A DNA stretch of 51,888 bases, filler included, from an uncultured virus (IMG/VR IMGVR_UViG_2061766007_000155) (5 parts of one record of this genome joined end to end with filler, not necessarily neighbours in it); one strand, 5' to 3'; shown: positions 32,301 through 44,143, counted from the whole stretch's first letter. Program-made: numbers and translations. The notes: a model not told the origin generated them from the letters alone.

Positions 32301-33404
32301 AAACCGTACTGAATACGATAGGCGACCTGCCGGGAGACATCAGGGCGGATGTGGACAGGTGGTATGCAAAGGCGAGGAAAGAATGNNNNNNNNNNTGGCC
32401 GGCAATGAATTGTGGGGAGGCGAGAAAGACCACGGCGTAACCATACGCAGGCAGACCGGTCTTACGGTCGCCTTCACATACGACGATTTCAAGGCCGTCC
32501 GTGGATTCGACGTGGAGTTTGCCGGGTGGGGCGCGGAGGACGACGCGTTCATGTACAAGTTCCTGCGTACGGGCAGGGAGGTCATGCGGAACACTGATAA
32601 GTCCGCCATCGCATACCACATGTTCCACCCGAAGGTGAACACCCCGGAATATGCCGGAGGGGTTACCTACCGGAAGAACCGGGTGTACTGCGCGTGCATT
32701 AGGAGGATGCAGGACGGGGATTTCGACAGGTACCTGGAAGGCGGGAAGACGCTTGACGAGCTGGTGGCGAAATACAGGGCGCTGGGCCGCCTTGAAACAT
32801 CGCTCGACTGGAAGGTGTCGGCGACGAAGACCCTGCACATGGACACTACCATATACGACATCGACCGCGGCGGCGAGATGTCAATCGACCGGATTATGGA
32901 GGCGGTCGAGCGGGAGGACGGCCCGGAAGGGATAATCTGGTACGTGGAAAATGTACTGAATACGATAGGCGACCTCCCGAGTGACATCAGGGCGGATGTG
33001 GACAGGTGGTATGCAAAGGCGAGGAAAGAATGCGGTATTTCGTGAAGCACTCATGGCCGGAATGGGACTCCAAGATGAACATCCTGTCCATGGCGGTATC
33101 CGGAATCATCGGCGGGGAGTACTGGACGCCGTACGTGACCGGCGGGGCGGTGGTACAGGCCGCCGACGGTGAATGCAACATGCCCGCCGGGTGCATCCCT
33201 TTCGCCGCCATATACCACGACGCCCTGGAATACAGTATCTGCCCGAAGCCGCTGCTCCGCATAGGCCTGGGGGAAGTCCCGGGCTGCACGGTGAATCTNN
33301 NNNNNNNNGTTCTTCGCACACTTCTTGAGCTCCTGGATTTGCCAGGGCTTCAGGGTGACGCTCTCGTTGGCGTCGCGAAGGTTGAATATCCCGTTGAACG
33401 ACAT
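29368..33404 (-). CDS. terL: Terminase large subunit (T4 gp17-like); N-terminus at 33310-33404, body 29368-31458
   Basis: PIYFIRNY, YPFQ, SRQVGKST (Walker A), LYLDEFAF (Walker B), TSTPNGMNHFY, FRQEY.CEF, IEYN, HDD.V. Confidence 0.97.
31638..33045 (+). CDS. GT-A glycosyltransferase (GT7 C-terminal-like), overlapping alleles
   Basis: GFDVEFAGWGAEDD, YHMFHP. Confidence 0.85.
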
Positions 33405-35014
33405 CTAAAATCCCACTTTTCTTTCCGGAAATACAAGTTTGTGCCTTGTAACCCGTGGACAATTATGTAGTTTATACGTCGATGAAAGAATTTCTAGTTA
33501 TTACCGCTTTCCGCGATAACCGGGACCCTTACCGGCGTCGCAATCTGGCTGCCTGCATCGCCTCGGTGGCCAGGAATTTTCCCGAGGCGGAGCACGTTGT
33601 CGTAGAGCAATGTGACGGCCCGGAATCAGGCAAATGGTTTGAATCCCAGGGATTCGCCGGAGTCACCCACGACATGGTCGACATGGCGACAGCATTGGGC
33701 GGAACCGCCGACGGCCTGTTTCACAAGCCGGTTCTCCTGAACGCGGCAGTCCANNNNNNNNNNTAATTTTCCCGAGGCGGAGCACGTTGTCGTAGAACAA
33801 TGTGACGGCCCGGAATCAGGCAAATGGTTTGAATCACAGGGCTTCGCCGAAGTCACCCACGATATGGTCGACATGGCGACAGCATTGGGCGGGACCGCCG
33901 ACGGCCTGTTTCACAAGCCGGTTCTCCTGAACGCGGCAGTCCAGGCTCACCCAGGCCGCAGGATATACATGATGGTGGATGCCGATGTATACCTGGAACG
34001 CAATCTTGCCGAATACGCAATGGCCGAATGCTGCGAGGGAAAGCTGGTTTTCCCGTACGGCGACGCNNNNNNNNNNCGGCCGGCAATGAATTGTGGGGAG
34101 GCGAGAAAGACCACGGCGTAATCATACGCAGGCAGACGGGGCTTACGGTCGCCTTCACATACGACGATTTCAAGGCTGTCCGCGGATTCGACGTGGAGTT
34201 CGCCGGGTGGGGCGCGGAGGACGACGCGTTCATGTACAAGTTCCTGCGTACNNNNNNNNNNNNNNNNNNNNNNNNNNNNNNNNNNNNNNNNNNNNNNNNN
34301 NNNNNNNNNNNNNNNNNCGGGGTGACCTACCGGAAGAACCGGGTGTACTGCGCGTGCATCAGGAGGATGCAGGATGGGGATTTCGCCAGGTACCTGGAAG
34401 GCGGGAAGACGCTTGACGAGCTGGTGGCGAAATACANNNNNNNNNNAGACGGTGAATGCTGCATGCCCGCCGGGTGCATCCCTTTCGCCGCAATATACCA
34501 CGACGCCCTGGAATACAGTATCTGTCCGAAGCCGCTGCTCCGCATAGGACTGGGAGAAGTCCCGGGCTGCACGGTGAATCTCCGGAGCTATCCCCTCAGG
34601 AGGAAGGACCTCCACAGGCTCCCTGTGTCCGCCAGGTTCGACGCGGTGTTCGGCGGGAAGGCGGCGGACCTCGCCTCGTGCGAGGAGGCAATCGAACGCG
34701 CAGGGGTGAGGGGAAGGAGGGTCGCCGTGGCAATCCCGGGAAACCCGGCGGTCGCCGAGGAGGTGTCGAACCGGCTGAGGGAGGAAGGCAACGACGTCAC
34801 CCTGGTGGAAGACCCGCAGCTGCCCATACTGTCGGTACTGTACAGGAGCTGCCCCACGGTCGTCCACCTTGGACACTGCAGGCGCGGATACCTGCACTCG
34901 CTGGCGATGTACCACGCGTCGGCGGAGGGCCGTACGCTGGTCGAGCGGGTGCCGGGACTGGACAGGTTCGAACCCGCGGGGGTCGAAGAATTGATACAGT
35001 TTCTGAGGGGGTAA
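33030..35014 (+). CDS. Hypothetical protein, possible degenerate GT-B fold (pieces 33030-33298 and 34447-35014)
   Basis: Overlaps GT stop; RVAVAIPG and VVHLG...GYLHSLA loosely GT9-like. Confidence 0.45.
33469..33476 (-). promoter_or_regulatory. Late promoter TATAAACT for terminase (allele 31625-31632)
   Basis: Motif conserved in both alleles, upstream of ATG 33404. Confidence 0.65.
33482..34435 (+). CDS. Same GT-A glycosyltransferase, N-terminal alleles
   Basis: FRD...R.RNL, VVEQ, FHKPVLLN, VDAD (DxD). Confidence 0.85.
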
Positions 35015-35025
35015 AGTACCCCGGT

Positions 35026-35038
35026 TTTGCTATATTTG
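35026..35038 (+). promoter_or_regulatory. Putative host-RNAP promoter TTTGCTATATTTG
   Basis: Exact repeat of the motif at 56 and 50574. Confidence 0.7.
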
Positions 35039-35053
35039 TAAGGAAAGGGAACT

Positions 35054-35242
35054 ATGGAAAACAACGTGCACATCCGGATAGTCGGCGCGCTGAAGATTGC
35101 GATGTTCGTGGCGTTCGGCCTCAACCTCGTACGCATCGCGTACCGTACATGGAGATACGGCGGTTCCAAGGAAATGCGTGACGACACCTTCGACTTCGGG
35201 GAGGACCCGGAGGGAATCGAGGGCGTGAAGGGCGAGGAATAG
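35054..35242 (+). CDS. Small membrane protein
   Basis: Hydrophobic helix then acidic tail; AGGA RBS. Confidence 0.6.
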   Translation: MENNVHIRIVGALKIAMFVAFGLNLVRIAYRTWRYGGSKEMRDDTFDFGEDPEGIEGVKGEE

Positions 35243-35257
35243 GGTGCAGGTGAGCTT

Positions 35258-37180
35258 ATGGCAGGAAACAACGTCGAGAAGAACAACCCGCTTTCGGACC
35301 TTCTCGTAAAGATAGAGATTGACGCGGAGACCTGGACGAAGATGTCGGCCAGGGACAAGCTTCACTACCTCAAGTCCGTGGTGAAGGCGAACTCCGAGAA
35401 GATTGTGAACGCGGCCGGCGGATTCGTCGACGCGTTCTCCGGGCTCATCCGGGCGAACACGGACAACCCCGTGGTGAACGCCTACCTGAGCCTGGTGGAG
35501 ACCGGGTTCGGCCTGGTGAGGGCCACCACGGTCGCGAACAACGTATTCATAGCGGCGAGGCACGAGATTCACAGCCCGTTCGACGAACTGGCCCGCTTCA
35601 TGGGCACCGGGCGCGGAATCGAGCTGATTACGGACTCGATAGAGGCGACCCCGTCGATATGCGAGACGTTCCTCGGGATGACCGAGAAGGAACAGGCGAA
35701 GTACGGCTTCCGCTTCATCAAGGTGCAGAAGCAGGACGAACCCGGCGCTACCGAGTCTGTCGTGTCGGTGTTCCTGGTGGACGCCGAGCTGACATACGAG
35801 GGCGAGAANNNNNNNNNNCCCCGGTGCGGCCGAGTCGGTCGTGTCGGTGTTCCTGGTGGACGCCGAGCTGACATACGAGGGCGAGAAGCACCACGTCGGC
35901 TTCGAGGTGGGGTATCCCGAGTCCAAGCACAGGGGCGACCGCATCGCGGACGACGCCGGGTACTCCTACATCAACTTCGGGATGTATGGCGGGGACAACA
36001 GCGGATTCGAGCTGCTGTTCTCGATACCGTCGATAATCTACGGAATCTACATCGACCGCATCGACATCACCAAGAACATCGTGCGAATCAAGAACGGCAC
36101 GCTGTACGTGGAGCCGAGGGTCACGATAGACTTCGACGTGAAGAACTTCGACATGTACGACGAGGAGGGGAACGCGGTCAGGACGATGGCCAGCGAGTCC
36201 GCCTTCATCAGGAAGGTGCTCGACATCAGGGGCCGGCGCGGGTACATCGTGCAGGGCGACCAGGGCACCGGCAAGACTATTTCGGTGAACAGGCTCCTCA
36301 TGGACTTCCCCGACGTACCGGTGTTCTGGATTTCGCCGGACTCCATCGCCGACAGGCGCGGCATGGACAACGTGTTCCGGGTGCTCGACATGTTCCCGGG
36401 GTCGTTCTTCATCTTCGACGACTTCGACNNNNNNNNNNTATCGTGCAGGGCGACCAGGGCACCGGCAAGACGATTTCGGTGAACAGGCTCCTCATGGACT
36501 TCCCCGACGTTCCTGTGTTCTGGATTTCGCCGGATTCCATCGCCGACAGGCGCGGCATGGACAACGTGTTCAGGGTGCTCGACATGTTCCCGGGGTCGTT
36601 CTTCATCTTCGACGACTTCGACGGGAACGACTTCGCCTCCAAGAACGAGCTGACCGGGGCGTTCATCAACTACATCGACGAGACGAACTCTCCCAAGTAC
36701 AGGGGCATCACCATACTGATTATCAACGAGCCCCAGAAGCTCCACAGCACAATCAAGTTGCGCCCGGGAAGGATTGACGACATCATCTACGTGAAGAACC
36801 CCGACACGGTCGAGGGCGTCTGCGACGTCGTGGAGCAGTCGTTCAAGCACCTGGGCCGCAAGAAGCCGGACTGGGTTACCCCGGACGACCCGCAATTCGT
36901 GCTCGCGTGCGAGCGCATCTTCGAGGCGCACCTGACCCACGCATACATTTCCGGCGTGGTGGGCGACATGGTGAAGTTCTCCGACGGCGACATGAGCGTC
37001 GGGAAGTTCATCGAGCTGGTGTCCAGGAGGATTGCCACAATCAAGTATGCGAGGATGGTTGCCAGGGACGACGGGCACATCGTGGACGGACCTCCACCGG
37101 CGGTCGTGAAGCCGGATACGAAGCCGATAAACTCGACTTCGCCGACAAAGGAAGGGGACCCGGGCGACCTGCCGATGTAA
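35258..37180 (+). CDS. AAA-family ATPase with long N-terminal domain
   Basis: GDQGTGKT, FIFDDFD, IIN, RPGRID; gaps with duplicated flanks. Confidence 0.85.
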   Translation: MAGNNVEKNNPLSDLLVKIEIDAETWTKMSARDKLHYLKSVVKANSEKIVNAAGGFVDAFSGLIRANTDNPVVNAYLSLVETGFGLVRATTVANNVFIAARHEIHSPFDELARFMGTGRGIELITDSIEATPSICETFLGMTEKEQAKYGFRFIKVQKQDEPGATESVVSVFLVDAELTYEGEXXXXPRCGRVGRVGVPGGRRADIRGREAPRRLRGGVSRVQAQGRPHRGRRRVLLHQLRDVWRGQQRIRAAVLDTVDNLRNLHRPHRHHQEHRANQERHAVRGAEGHDRLRREELRHVRRGGERGQDDGQRVRLHQEGARHQGPARVHRAGRPGHRQDYFGEQAPHGLPRRTGVLDFAGLHRRQARHGQRVPGARHVPGVVLHLRRLRXXXXIVQGDQGTGKTISVNRLLMDFPDVPVFWISPDSIADRRGMDNVFRVLDMFPGSFFIFDDFDGNDFASKNELTGAFINYIDETNSPKYRGITILIINEPQKLHSTIKLRPGRIDDIIYVKNPDTVEGVCDVVEQSFKHLGRKKPDWVTPDDPQFVLACERIFEAHLTHAYISGVVGDMVKFSDGDMSVGKFIELVSRRIATIKYARMVARDDGHIVDGPPPAVVKPDTKPINSTSPTKEGDPGDLPM

Positions 37181-37326
37181 GGAAAAAATAAGTTTCGGGC
37201 TCGAAAGGCTCAACCACTATATATGGCGGGGAGAGGGCACATTTGAGCACCAAATATTGGGCTTTCCGGGGAAACGGAAACCTATAAACGAATACCGCTT
37301 GAATAACTTTGAAGCAAAGGAAAAGT

Positions 37327-39873
37327 ATGTTAACTTACGTTACCAAGAAGGACGGAAAGAGAAGGAAGAAGTTTGACGTAAACCACATATACGACGCAAT
37401 CCGTGCGGCGTTCAGGGATTCCAAGGAGAAGATTACCGAGGAAGGACTGGACGAGCTGGTCGGCAAGGTGGTGGACACAATTTCGGCGAACGACGCCAAG
37501 TCGGTGCAGGCCGGAAAGATACAGAAGACTATCGAGGACGTGCTGATGGATGCCGGATACAAGGATACCGTCAGAGAGTACATCGAGTTCAGGACTGAGC
37601 GTGACAGGGAAAGGCTTAACCAGACCGAAATCATCAAGACAATCAAGGAAATCACCGAGTCCGAACCGGGGCTCAAGAGTTCCAACATCCTTCGAGATAA
37701 CGCGAACGAGTCCGGGGCCACCCCGGCAGGCACATACGGCAAGATTGCATCCGAGACCAACAAGGTCTACAACCTGCTCAACAAGGTCAACAAGAAGTTC
37801 GCACGCGAACACAAGGAGGGATACCTCCATATCCATGACCTCAACTTCTACAACCTTACATTCAACTGTCTTTTTGCGCCGGTCGGGAGCTTACTCAGTA
37901 CCGGTTTTGATTCTGGCACCGGATTTATCCGTCCGGCCAAGTCAATCCAGTCTGCCGCATCCCTGGCCGCAGTGATTTTCCAGCTGCAGTCGAACCAGCA
38001 ATACGGCGGCATTGCCTGCGACAACTTCGACTTTGACCTTGCACCGTTCGTCGACATGTCGTTCCGTACGAACCTGGCAGTAGAACTCAACAGGTATGCC
38101 GAATACTCGGAAGACCGCGCATATAAGGATTATGCCGGCTGCCCGGCTGACCCGGATGTCATCAAGAACATAGTTAAGCTGCTTGCTGATGTTTCCATGA
38201 ATACCCCGGAGCACCTGCTGTATCTCCGCTTCAAGCCGTCCCTGGTGAAGAACGCCATCGCCGTTACCGACAACCAGACGCACCAGGCTATGGAAGCGCT
38301 CGTGCATAACCTCAACTCGCTACAGTCCCGTTCCGGTAACCAGGTTCCGTTCTCCTCGCTGAACTTCGGCCTCGACACCAGCAACTGCGGGCGAATGGTC
38401 AGCCGCAACCTTATGCGTGCCCAGTACGAAGGCATGGGTGACGGCCTTACCCCGATTTTCCCGATTCTCATCTTCAAGCTCATGCGTGGCTATACGAAGG
38501 ATGAGGGTGACCCGAACTATGACCTGTATCTCCAGGCAATCGACTGCCTCGCTCGCCGTTTCTATCCGAACTTCGTCAAGGTCGACTCCAGCTTCAACCT
38601 CCCGTATGTCAAGTACGAAACCAAGGAACTGGATGTAACCAAGGAAGCCAAGCTGAAACTCCGCGGTGCAGGCTCCACGTTCATCCTGTCCGAACTTACG
38701 CAGAACGGCAAGGCTGTTGCTCCGTATGCCTATGAGTACGATGTCGGCGTGGGTGACTACTGGGAAGTCGTGGAAGTATCCGGTACCAAGCTCAAGCTCC
38801 GCAAGCTTATTCCGAATACCACGATTTCTACTATGGGTTGCCGTACCCGTGTCATCGGTAACATCAACGGACCGGAACAGACGACCGCACGCGGCAACTT
38901 CGCGTTCCACACAATCAACCTCCCGCGTCTCGCCATCGAGGCGCACATCGAGGCCAAGGATACCGAGAAGCGCAAGGAACTGTTCTTCGCGAAGCTGGAC
39001 GGCATGCTGCAGGATGCACGCGATAGCTTGCTCGACCGCTTCAATCTGCTCTGCAGCACCAGGACATATGAGAACTATCCGTTCACTATGCAGCAGGGCC
39101 TTTATCTCACCGCCAACGATACGGAACATGATATCCATGATTCCATCGCCGAGGTGATGAAGCAGTCCACCCTGTCCATCGGTTACATCGGTATTGCCGA
39201 GGTTGTCTCCCTTATTACCGGGAAGACCTACGGCGTCGACCATGACGTTGACGAGTTCGCCCTGTCCATCGTGAAGCGCATCCGNNNNNNNNNNTCTGTC
39301 CATCGGTTACATCGGCATTGCCGAGGTTGTTTCCCTTATTACCGGGAAGACCTACGGTGTCGACCATGACGTTGACGAGTTCGCCCTGTCCATCGTGAAG
39401 CGCATCCGCGAATACTGCGACAAGACCCAGAAGGAAACGCACCTCAACTGGAGCTGCTTCGCTACTCCGGCTGAAGCTGTCGCAGGTCGCTTCGCCAACA
39501 TCGACAAGAACAAGTTCACCGTGGTCACTACCGAAAATGCTGCCGGCCGTATTCTCAAGCCGGTCAAGGGTCTCGAGGATGTCGACATCGCGCGTATCTT
39601 CGGCAAGGGCTACTACACGAACAGCCACATGATGGATTTCTCGCTCGACACCACGCTCGCGAACAAGATTGCTACGGAGGCCCCGTTCCACAAGATTACC
39701 AATGCCGGCCATATCTTCTACTACAAGCTCAATGGTGACTTGACGAAGAATACCGCCGCAGTGAAGGCTGCAATCGACGCCATGTATGACGGAGACCTTG
39801 GGTACTTCACGGTGACCATGAACTCGGACGACTGTCTTGAATGCGGTTTCCACGGTATCATCGACAACGAATG
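37327..39873 (+). CDS. nrdD: Anaerobic (class III) ribonucleotide reductase with ATP cone; C-terminus in gap
   Basis: VTKKDG, HIHDL, NC, QYGG, QVPFSSLNFG, FPILIFK, MGCRT, RGN, ATPAE, YYTNSH, CLECG. Confidence 0.97.
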
Positions 39874-40481
39874 NNNNNNNNNNNNNNNNNNNNNNNNNNN
39901 NNNNNNNNNNNNNNNNNNNNNNNNNNNNNNNNNNNNNNNNNNNNNNNNNNNNNNNNNNNNNNNNNNNNNNNNNNNNNNNNNNNNNNNNNNNNNNNNNNNN
40001 NNNNNNNNNNNNNNNNNNNNNNNNNNNNNNNNNNNNNNNNNNNNNNNNNNNNNNNNNNNNNNNNNNNNNNNNNNNNNNNNNNNNNNNNNNNNNNNNNNNN
40101 NNNNNNNNNNNNNNNNNNNNNNNNNNNNNNNNNNNNNNNNNNNNNNNNNNNNNNNNNNNNNNNNNNNNNNNNNNNNNNNNNNNNNNNNNNNNNNNNNNNN
40201 NNNNNNNNNNNNNNNNNNNNNNNNNNNNNNNNNNNNNNNNNNNNNNNNNNNNNNNNNNNNNNNNNNNNNNNNNNNNNNNNNNNNNNNNNNNNNNNNNNNN
40301 NNNNNNNNNNNNNNNNNNNNNNNNNNNNNNNNNNNNNNNNNNNNNNNNNNNNNNNNNNNNNNNNNNNNNNNNNNNNNNNNNNNNNNNNNNNNNNNNNNNN
40401 NNNNNNNNNNNNNNNNNNNNNNNNNNNNNNNNNNNNNNNNNNNNNNNNNNNNNNNNNNNNNNNNNNNNNNNNNNNNNNNNN

Positions 40482-40598
40482 AGGGTACGTACTGGAGAGG
40501 GACCTGCTGCCAGGACAGAGGAAGCACGTCCCCACGGTGACCGACCGCATCCTTGACGTGGTGGACGTCCTGGTGGACGGCCCGTTCATCCTGGAGCA
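40482..40598 (+). CDS. nrdG: RNR activating enzyme fragment
   Basis: GY..E...VDVLVDGPFILEQ downstream of nrdD. Confidence 0.85.
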
Positions 40599-40676
40599 NN
40601 NNNNNNNNCCTGTTAGAGTGAATTTATTGTCTGTACCAGGCGTCTCGCGTTCTCGGCCGATANNNNNNNNNNTCGT

Positions 40677-41201
40677 TTAAAGTGAATTTATCGTCTGTAC
40701 CAGGCGTCTCGCGTTCTCGGCTGATACCGCCGACCCGGTCTCGAAGGCACGGCGGATGCCGTCCTTCTTCCTCGTCAGGCGGATTACCGCACGGAACTTG
40801 CCAAGCTCCGATATGGTGACCGAGACGTTCCGGTTGTTCCCGCGGAAGGCCATCGAGTACGGCGATATGCCGATGCAGGTGTAGCCCTGGCCGGTCATCT
40901 CGTCGGTGACGATTTTCCTGAACTCGTCGAGTTCACCCATCGACACGGAGCGCGACTTCTTCACCTCGCTGTACATGCCCTGGATGAGTGCCGTGAGCGA
41001 CTCGGAGGTGATGTCCTTGAATCTCCGGGAGCCGGCCACGGTGCCGTCCGCCAGTGTCAGGTTGAGCTTCACGCTGAAGTGCCCGCTTGTCGCCGGGTTC
41101 CTCGAGTTCGACGCCCTGAGTGACACGTCGTAGTGGCAGAAGTCGCCGAGCTCGGGCTCGCTGTAGGATACCCGGAAGCTCCTGGGCGACAGCCTCGTTA
41201 T
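40677..41201 (-). CDS. Hypothetical protein (5' end may be in gap)
   Basis: Long ORF with phage codon usage; allele at 40609-40662. Confidence 0.6.
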   Translation of the reverse strand: MTRLSPRSFRVSYSEPELGDFCHYDVSLRASNSRNPATSGHFSVKLNLTLADGTVAGSRRFKDITSESLTALIQGMYSEVKKSRSVSMGELDEFRKIVTDEMTGQGYTCIGISPYSMAFRGNNRNVSVTISELGKFRAVIRLTRKKDGIRRAFETGSAVSAENARRLVQTINSL

Positions 41202-41456
41202 NNNNNNNNNNNNNNNNNNNNNNNNNNNNNNNNNNNNNNNNNNNNTTAATTAATTAANNNNNNNNNNNNNNNNNNNNNNNNNNNNNNNNNNNNNNNNNNN
41301 NTCTCACTGCGATAGCGTACCTACACGACGTGGTAGAGGACGGCGGTTTCACCATATCCGACCTGATGATGTGGTTCCCTCCAGTGGTATGGAAGGTGGT
41401 CGAGATTCTNNNNNNNNNNTGCGTCCACGGAGGAAGCGTCCTCGTACTGGTAGTAG

Positions 41457-42023
41457 TTAGTTTCCGTTGCCATCTTCAGGCTCCTTCTTGGTTGCGGCGT
41501 TGCCCAGCAGGGCGCTCGCCTTGTCGACCAGCTTCACGACCCGGTCGCGGTATTTCTTAGGGATGTCCAGTTTCCTGATGCTGTCCAGTATGTCCTCAAT
41601 CTCGGCATACCGCCTCGGGACGAACTTGTTCGCCTGCAGGAACAGCTGGTATTCCTGCGTCATGCGGTCGAGGAAGGCGTTGTCCGAGCGCCAGTCGACG
41701 TCGCACCATCCCAGCTCGCCCATCTTCACGGAAATCTGCGTCACGTCGTAGTACTGCGGGTCGACCTGCCTGGCAGTCCAGGTGAAGCTGATTTCCCCGT
41801 AGGCGTCGCCGGAGGAGAACTCGCCTCGTGCGCAGTAATAGTCGAACCCGGCCACCGTCCGCAACTTCACCGGCTCGCCCAGCTCGACGTTGGTGTCGCA
41901 CTGGGTGACGATGGAGAGGACGCCGGTTGCTTCCTGCTTCAGTTCCGCCATGATGTCTATACGCATCTTCTCCACCTTCTGGGTGGCGAAGTTGAACCTG
42001 TCGTCTATTACCGGTATTTTCAT
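41457..42023 (-). CDS. Hypothetical protein (MKIPVIDDRF...)
   Basis: 188 aa; alleles at 44861 and 45291 on + strand differ mostly synonymously. Confidence 0.75.
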   Translation of the reverse strand: MKIPVIDDRFNFATQKVEKMRIDIMAELKQEATGVLSIVTQCDTNVELGEPVKLRTVAGFDYYCARGEFSSGDAYGEISFTWTARQVDPQYYDVTQISVKMGELGWCDVDWRSDNAFLDRMTQEYQLFLQANKFVPRRYAEIEDILDSIRKLDIPKKYRDRVVKLVDKASALLGNAATKKEPEDGNGN

Positions 42024-42178
42024 TCTGGTTCCCTTGAATCTGCCATTAAATTAGTATATAATTCGGTATACTGTCGCGAAAAGTAATAGTTTAATTCGTG
42101 AACCGGCGGGTTGCCGGTTGATATGTTGATTTAACCCTTTTAACCGGAAGCAGGAAATTATGCGGTCANNNNNNNNNN

Positions 42179-43212
42179 GTGTTAATCCAAGAAATAAGCT
42201 TGGCACTAGAGCCAAAGCATGTGGTGCCGAATGGATTTCCACCAGTGACCCGCAAATCTGGTATGTAATTACGCCATTATATGACCAAGGAACTGCAGTC
42301 CATGATACTCTGCTTGGTATAGGAAAATTGTTCTGTGGCGATGGTGACGAAAACGGAACACTGCTCCAATCACAACTCGGAACTTGCCAAGTAGTTGAAA
42401 TTACAGGAGACATCGACAGGATTGAGACAATCGACCGTCTTTTCCAAAAATGTTCAGCCATTACCAGTGTAAGCACTACCGGTTTCTACGACAAGTTTGC
42501 AAACCATACGGCATTGATAAATGTCAATGCGGTTGTCAATAACGCTACCGGCATAACGGATGGGTCTTCGTTGTATGGCTATGGAGTTTTGAAGGATTTG
42601 CCGAACATCATTACACATGCCGCCACCTTCAGCAATGCCGATTCCGCAGCGAACCTGGCACAAATTCCTGTTGGTTGGGGCGGTACACAAGTTCCTGCTT
42701 CTACTCTCATGGTAAGCTCTAGACTCAAATGGTTTACTAATTATGATGAATGGACTATTACTGCAGATGGCCCTGACTGGACTGATATGATGGGTGTCTA
42801 TATCTTGACTACTTCGTCCGTTTCTAAGTATACCGGTGTATCAATGAACCGTAGTAGAATCAAGTCCAGAAATGGCCTTGCAGCAGGTACGGGTAATGCC
42901 CTGTATTTCTATCCGTGCTTCATGCAGCACAGTTCAACTAGTGTGACATGGGCAGTAATGACACAATCATATAATGGTATGCTAACCGCTTCTCAAGGAA
43001 ATACCGACATGCCCGGTGTCCTAGACTATACCGCATACGGTCCCTTTGCGCATGAATACGGTACTTATGATTCTTCACAGGATGTATATTTCACTTTCTT
43101 CGTAACGAATGTCCCAATTGATACCTGGTCCGGCTTGAGCGACGCTTACGGTATTCTCTATAATGCCAACTACAATACGGATGCCGGGCTTAGATGGCTG
43201 CGGATGGACTAG
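42179..43212 (+). CDS. Lower-GC tail-fibre-associated or receptor-binding protein, C-terminal part
   Basis: Overlaps 45764-45991 in reverse; Thr/Ser/Gly/Asn/Tyr-rich; follows tail fibre gene. Confidence 0.6.
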
Positions 43213-43266
43213 CCATCGAATATAGTCCGCATCGTCAGGAGCTCGTTGCTCCGGCCGTAAAATCAG

Positions 43267-43292
43267 AAAGGACCGCCGAAGCGGTCCTTTTT
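43267..43292. terminator. Bidirectional intrinsic terminator (alleles near 43459, 43763)
   Basis: AAAGGACCGC-cgaa-GCGGTCCTTT-TT; loop varies between alleles, stem conserved. Confidence 0.85.
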
Positions 43293-43795
43293 AAATGTCC
43301 TAGCCGAGNNNNNNNNNNCCCGGCTTATCCAGCGCTTACGGTATTCTCTATAATGCCAACTACAATACGGATGCCGGGCTTAGATGGCTGCGGATGGACT
43401 AGCCATCGAATATAGTCCGCATCGTCAGGAGCCCGGTGCTCCGTTCGTAAAATATCAGAAAGGACCGCCTAAGCGGTCCTTTTTACATGTCCTAGCCGAG
43501 GTAGGGGTTCGCCTTCTCCTCGGGCCACCACCTAATCCAGAACGAGCAGTAATTGTCGAGCACCATCGGGTGCGTCACCTTCACCTCGTACCCGAGGCCC
43601 GCCAGGCACCTCTCGACCTCGACATAGTTAAACTTGCGGTCCCTGTTCTCCACGTACATCTTCTTCCCGCGCTTCACGCCGGNNNNNNNNNNTTGCGGAT
43701 GGACTAGCCATCGAATATAGCCCACATAGCCCGGAGCCCGTTTCTCCGGTCGTAAAAATCAGAAAGGACCGCCGAAGCGGTCCTTTTTAAATGTC

Positions 43796-44143
43796 CTAGC
43801 CGAGGTAGGGGTTCGCCTTCTCCTCGGGCCACCACCTAATCCAGAACGAGCTGTGCTCGTCGAGCACCATCGGGTGTGTCACCTTCACCTCGTACCCCAG
43901 GCCTGCTAGACACCTCTCGACCTCGACGTAGTTCAGCTTGCGGTCCCTGTTCTCCACATACATCTTCTTCCCGCGCTTCACGCCGGCCAGCATTTCCGCC
44001 AGCCTGCTTACCAGTTCCGGGTGGGATGCCCTGAACGCCTCGCCGTCTTTCGCGATGTCGGCCTGTATGCGTAACACCAGCTTGTCAGCCGAAGGAATCC
44101 TTGGTACTGCCGGTTCTTCCGCCTGCTTCTTTGCCTTTGCCAT
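43796..44143 (-). CDS. Hypothetical protein
   Basis: 115 aa; several alleles; follows HD gene. Confidence 0.7.
   Translation of the reverse strand: MAKAKKQAEEPAVPRIPSADKLVLRIQADIAKDGEAFRASHPELVSRLAEMLAGVKRGKKMYVENRDRKLNYVEVERCLAGLGYEVKVTHPMVLDEHSSFWIRWWPEEKANPYLG

Noticed and set aside
28649..33404. Split terminase, introns or pseudogenes (also sigma, nrdD, AAA, tape measure)
   Set aside because: Breaks coincide with 10-N gaps with duplicated flanks; joined pieces are in frame
38617..38811. Intein in NrdD
   Set aside because: Too short and lacks the N-terminal Cys/Ser and C-terminal His-Asn
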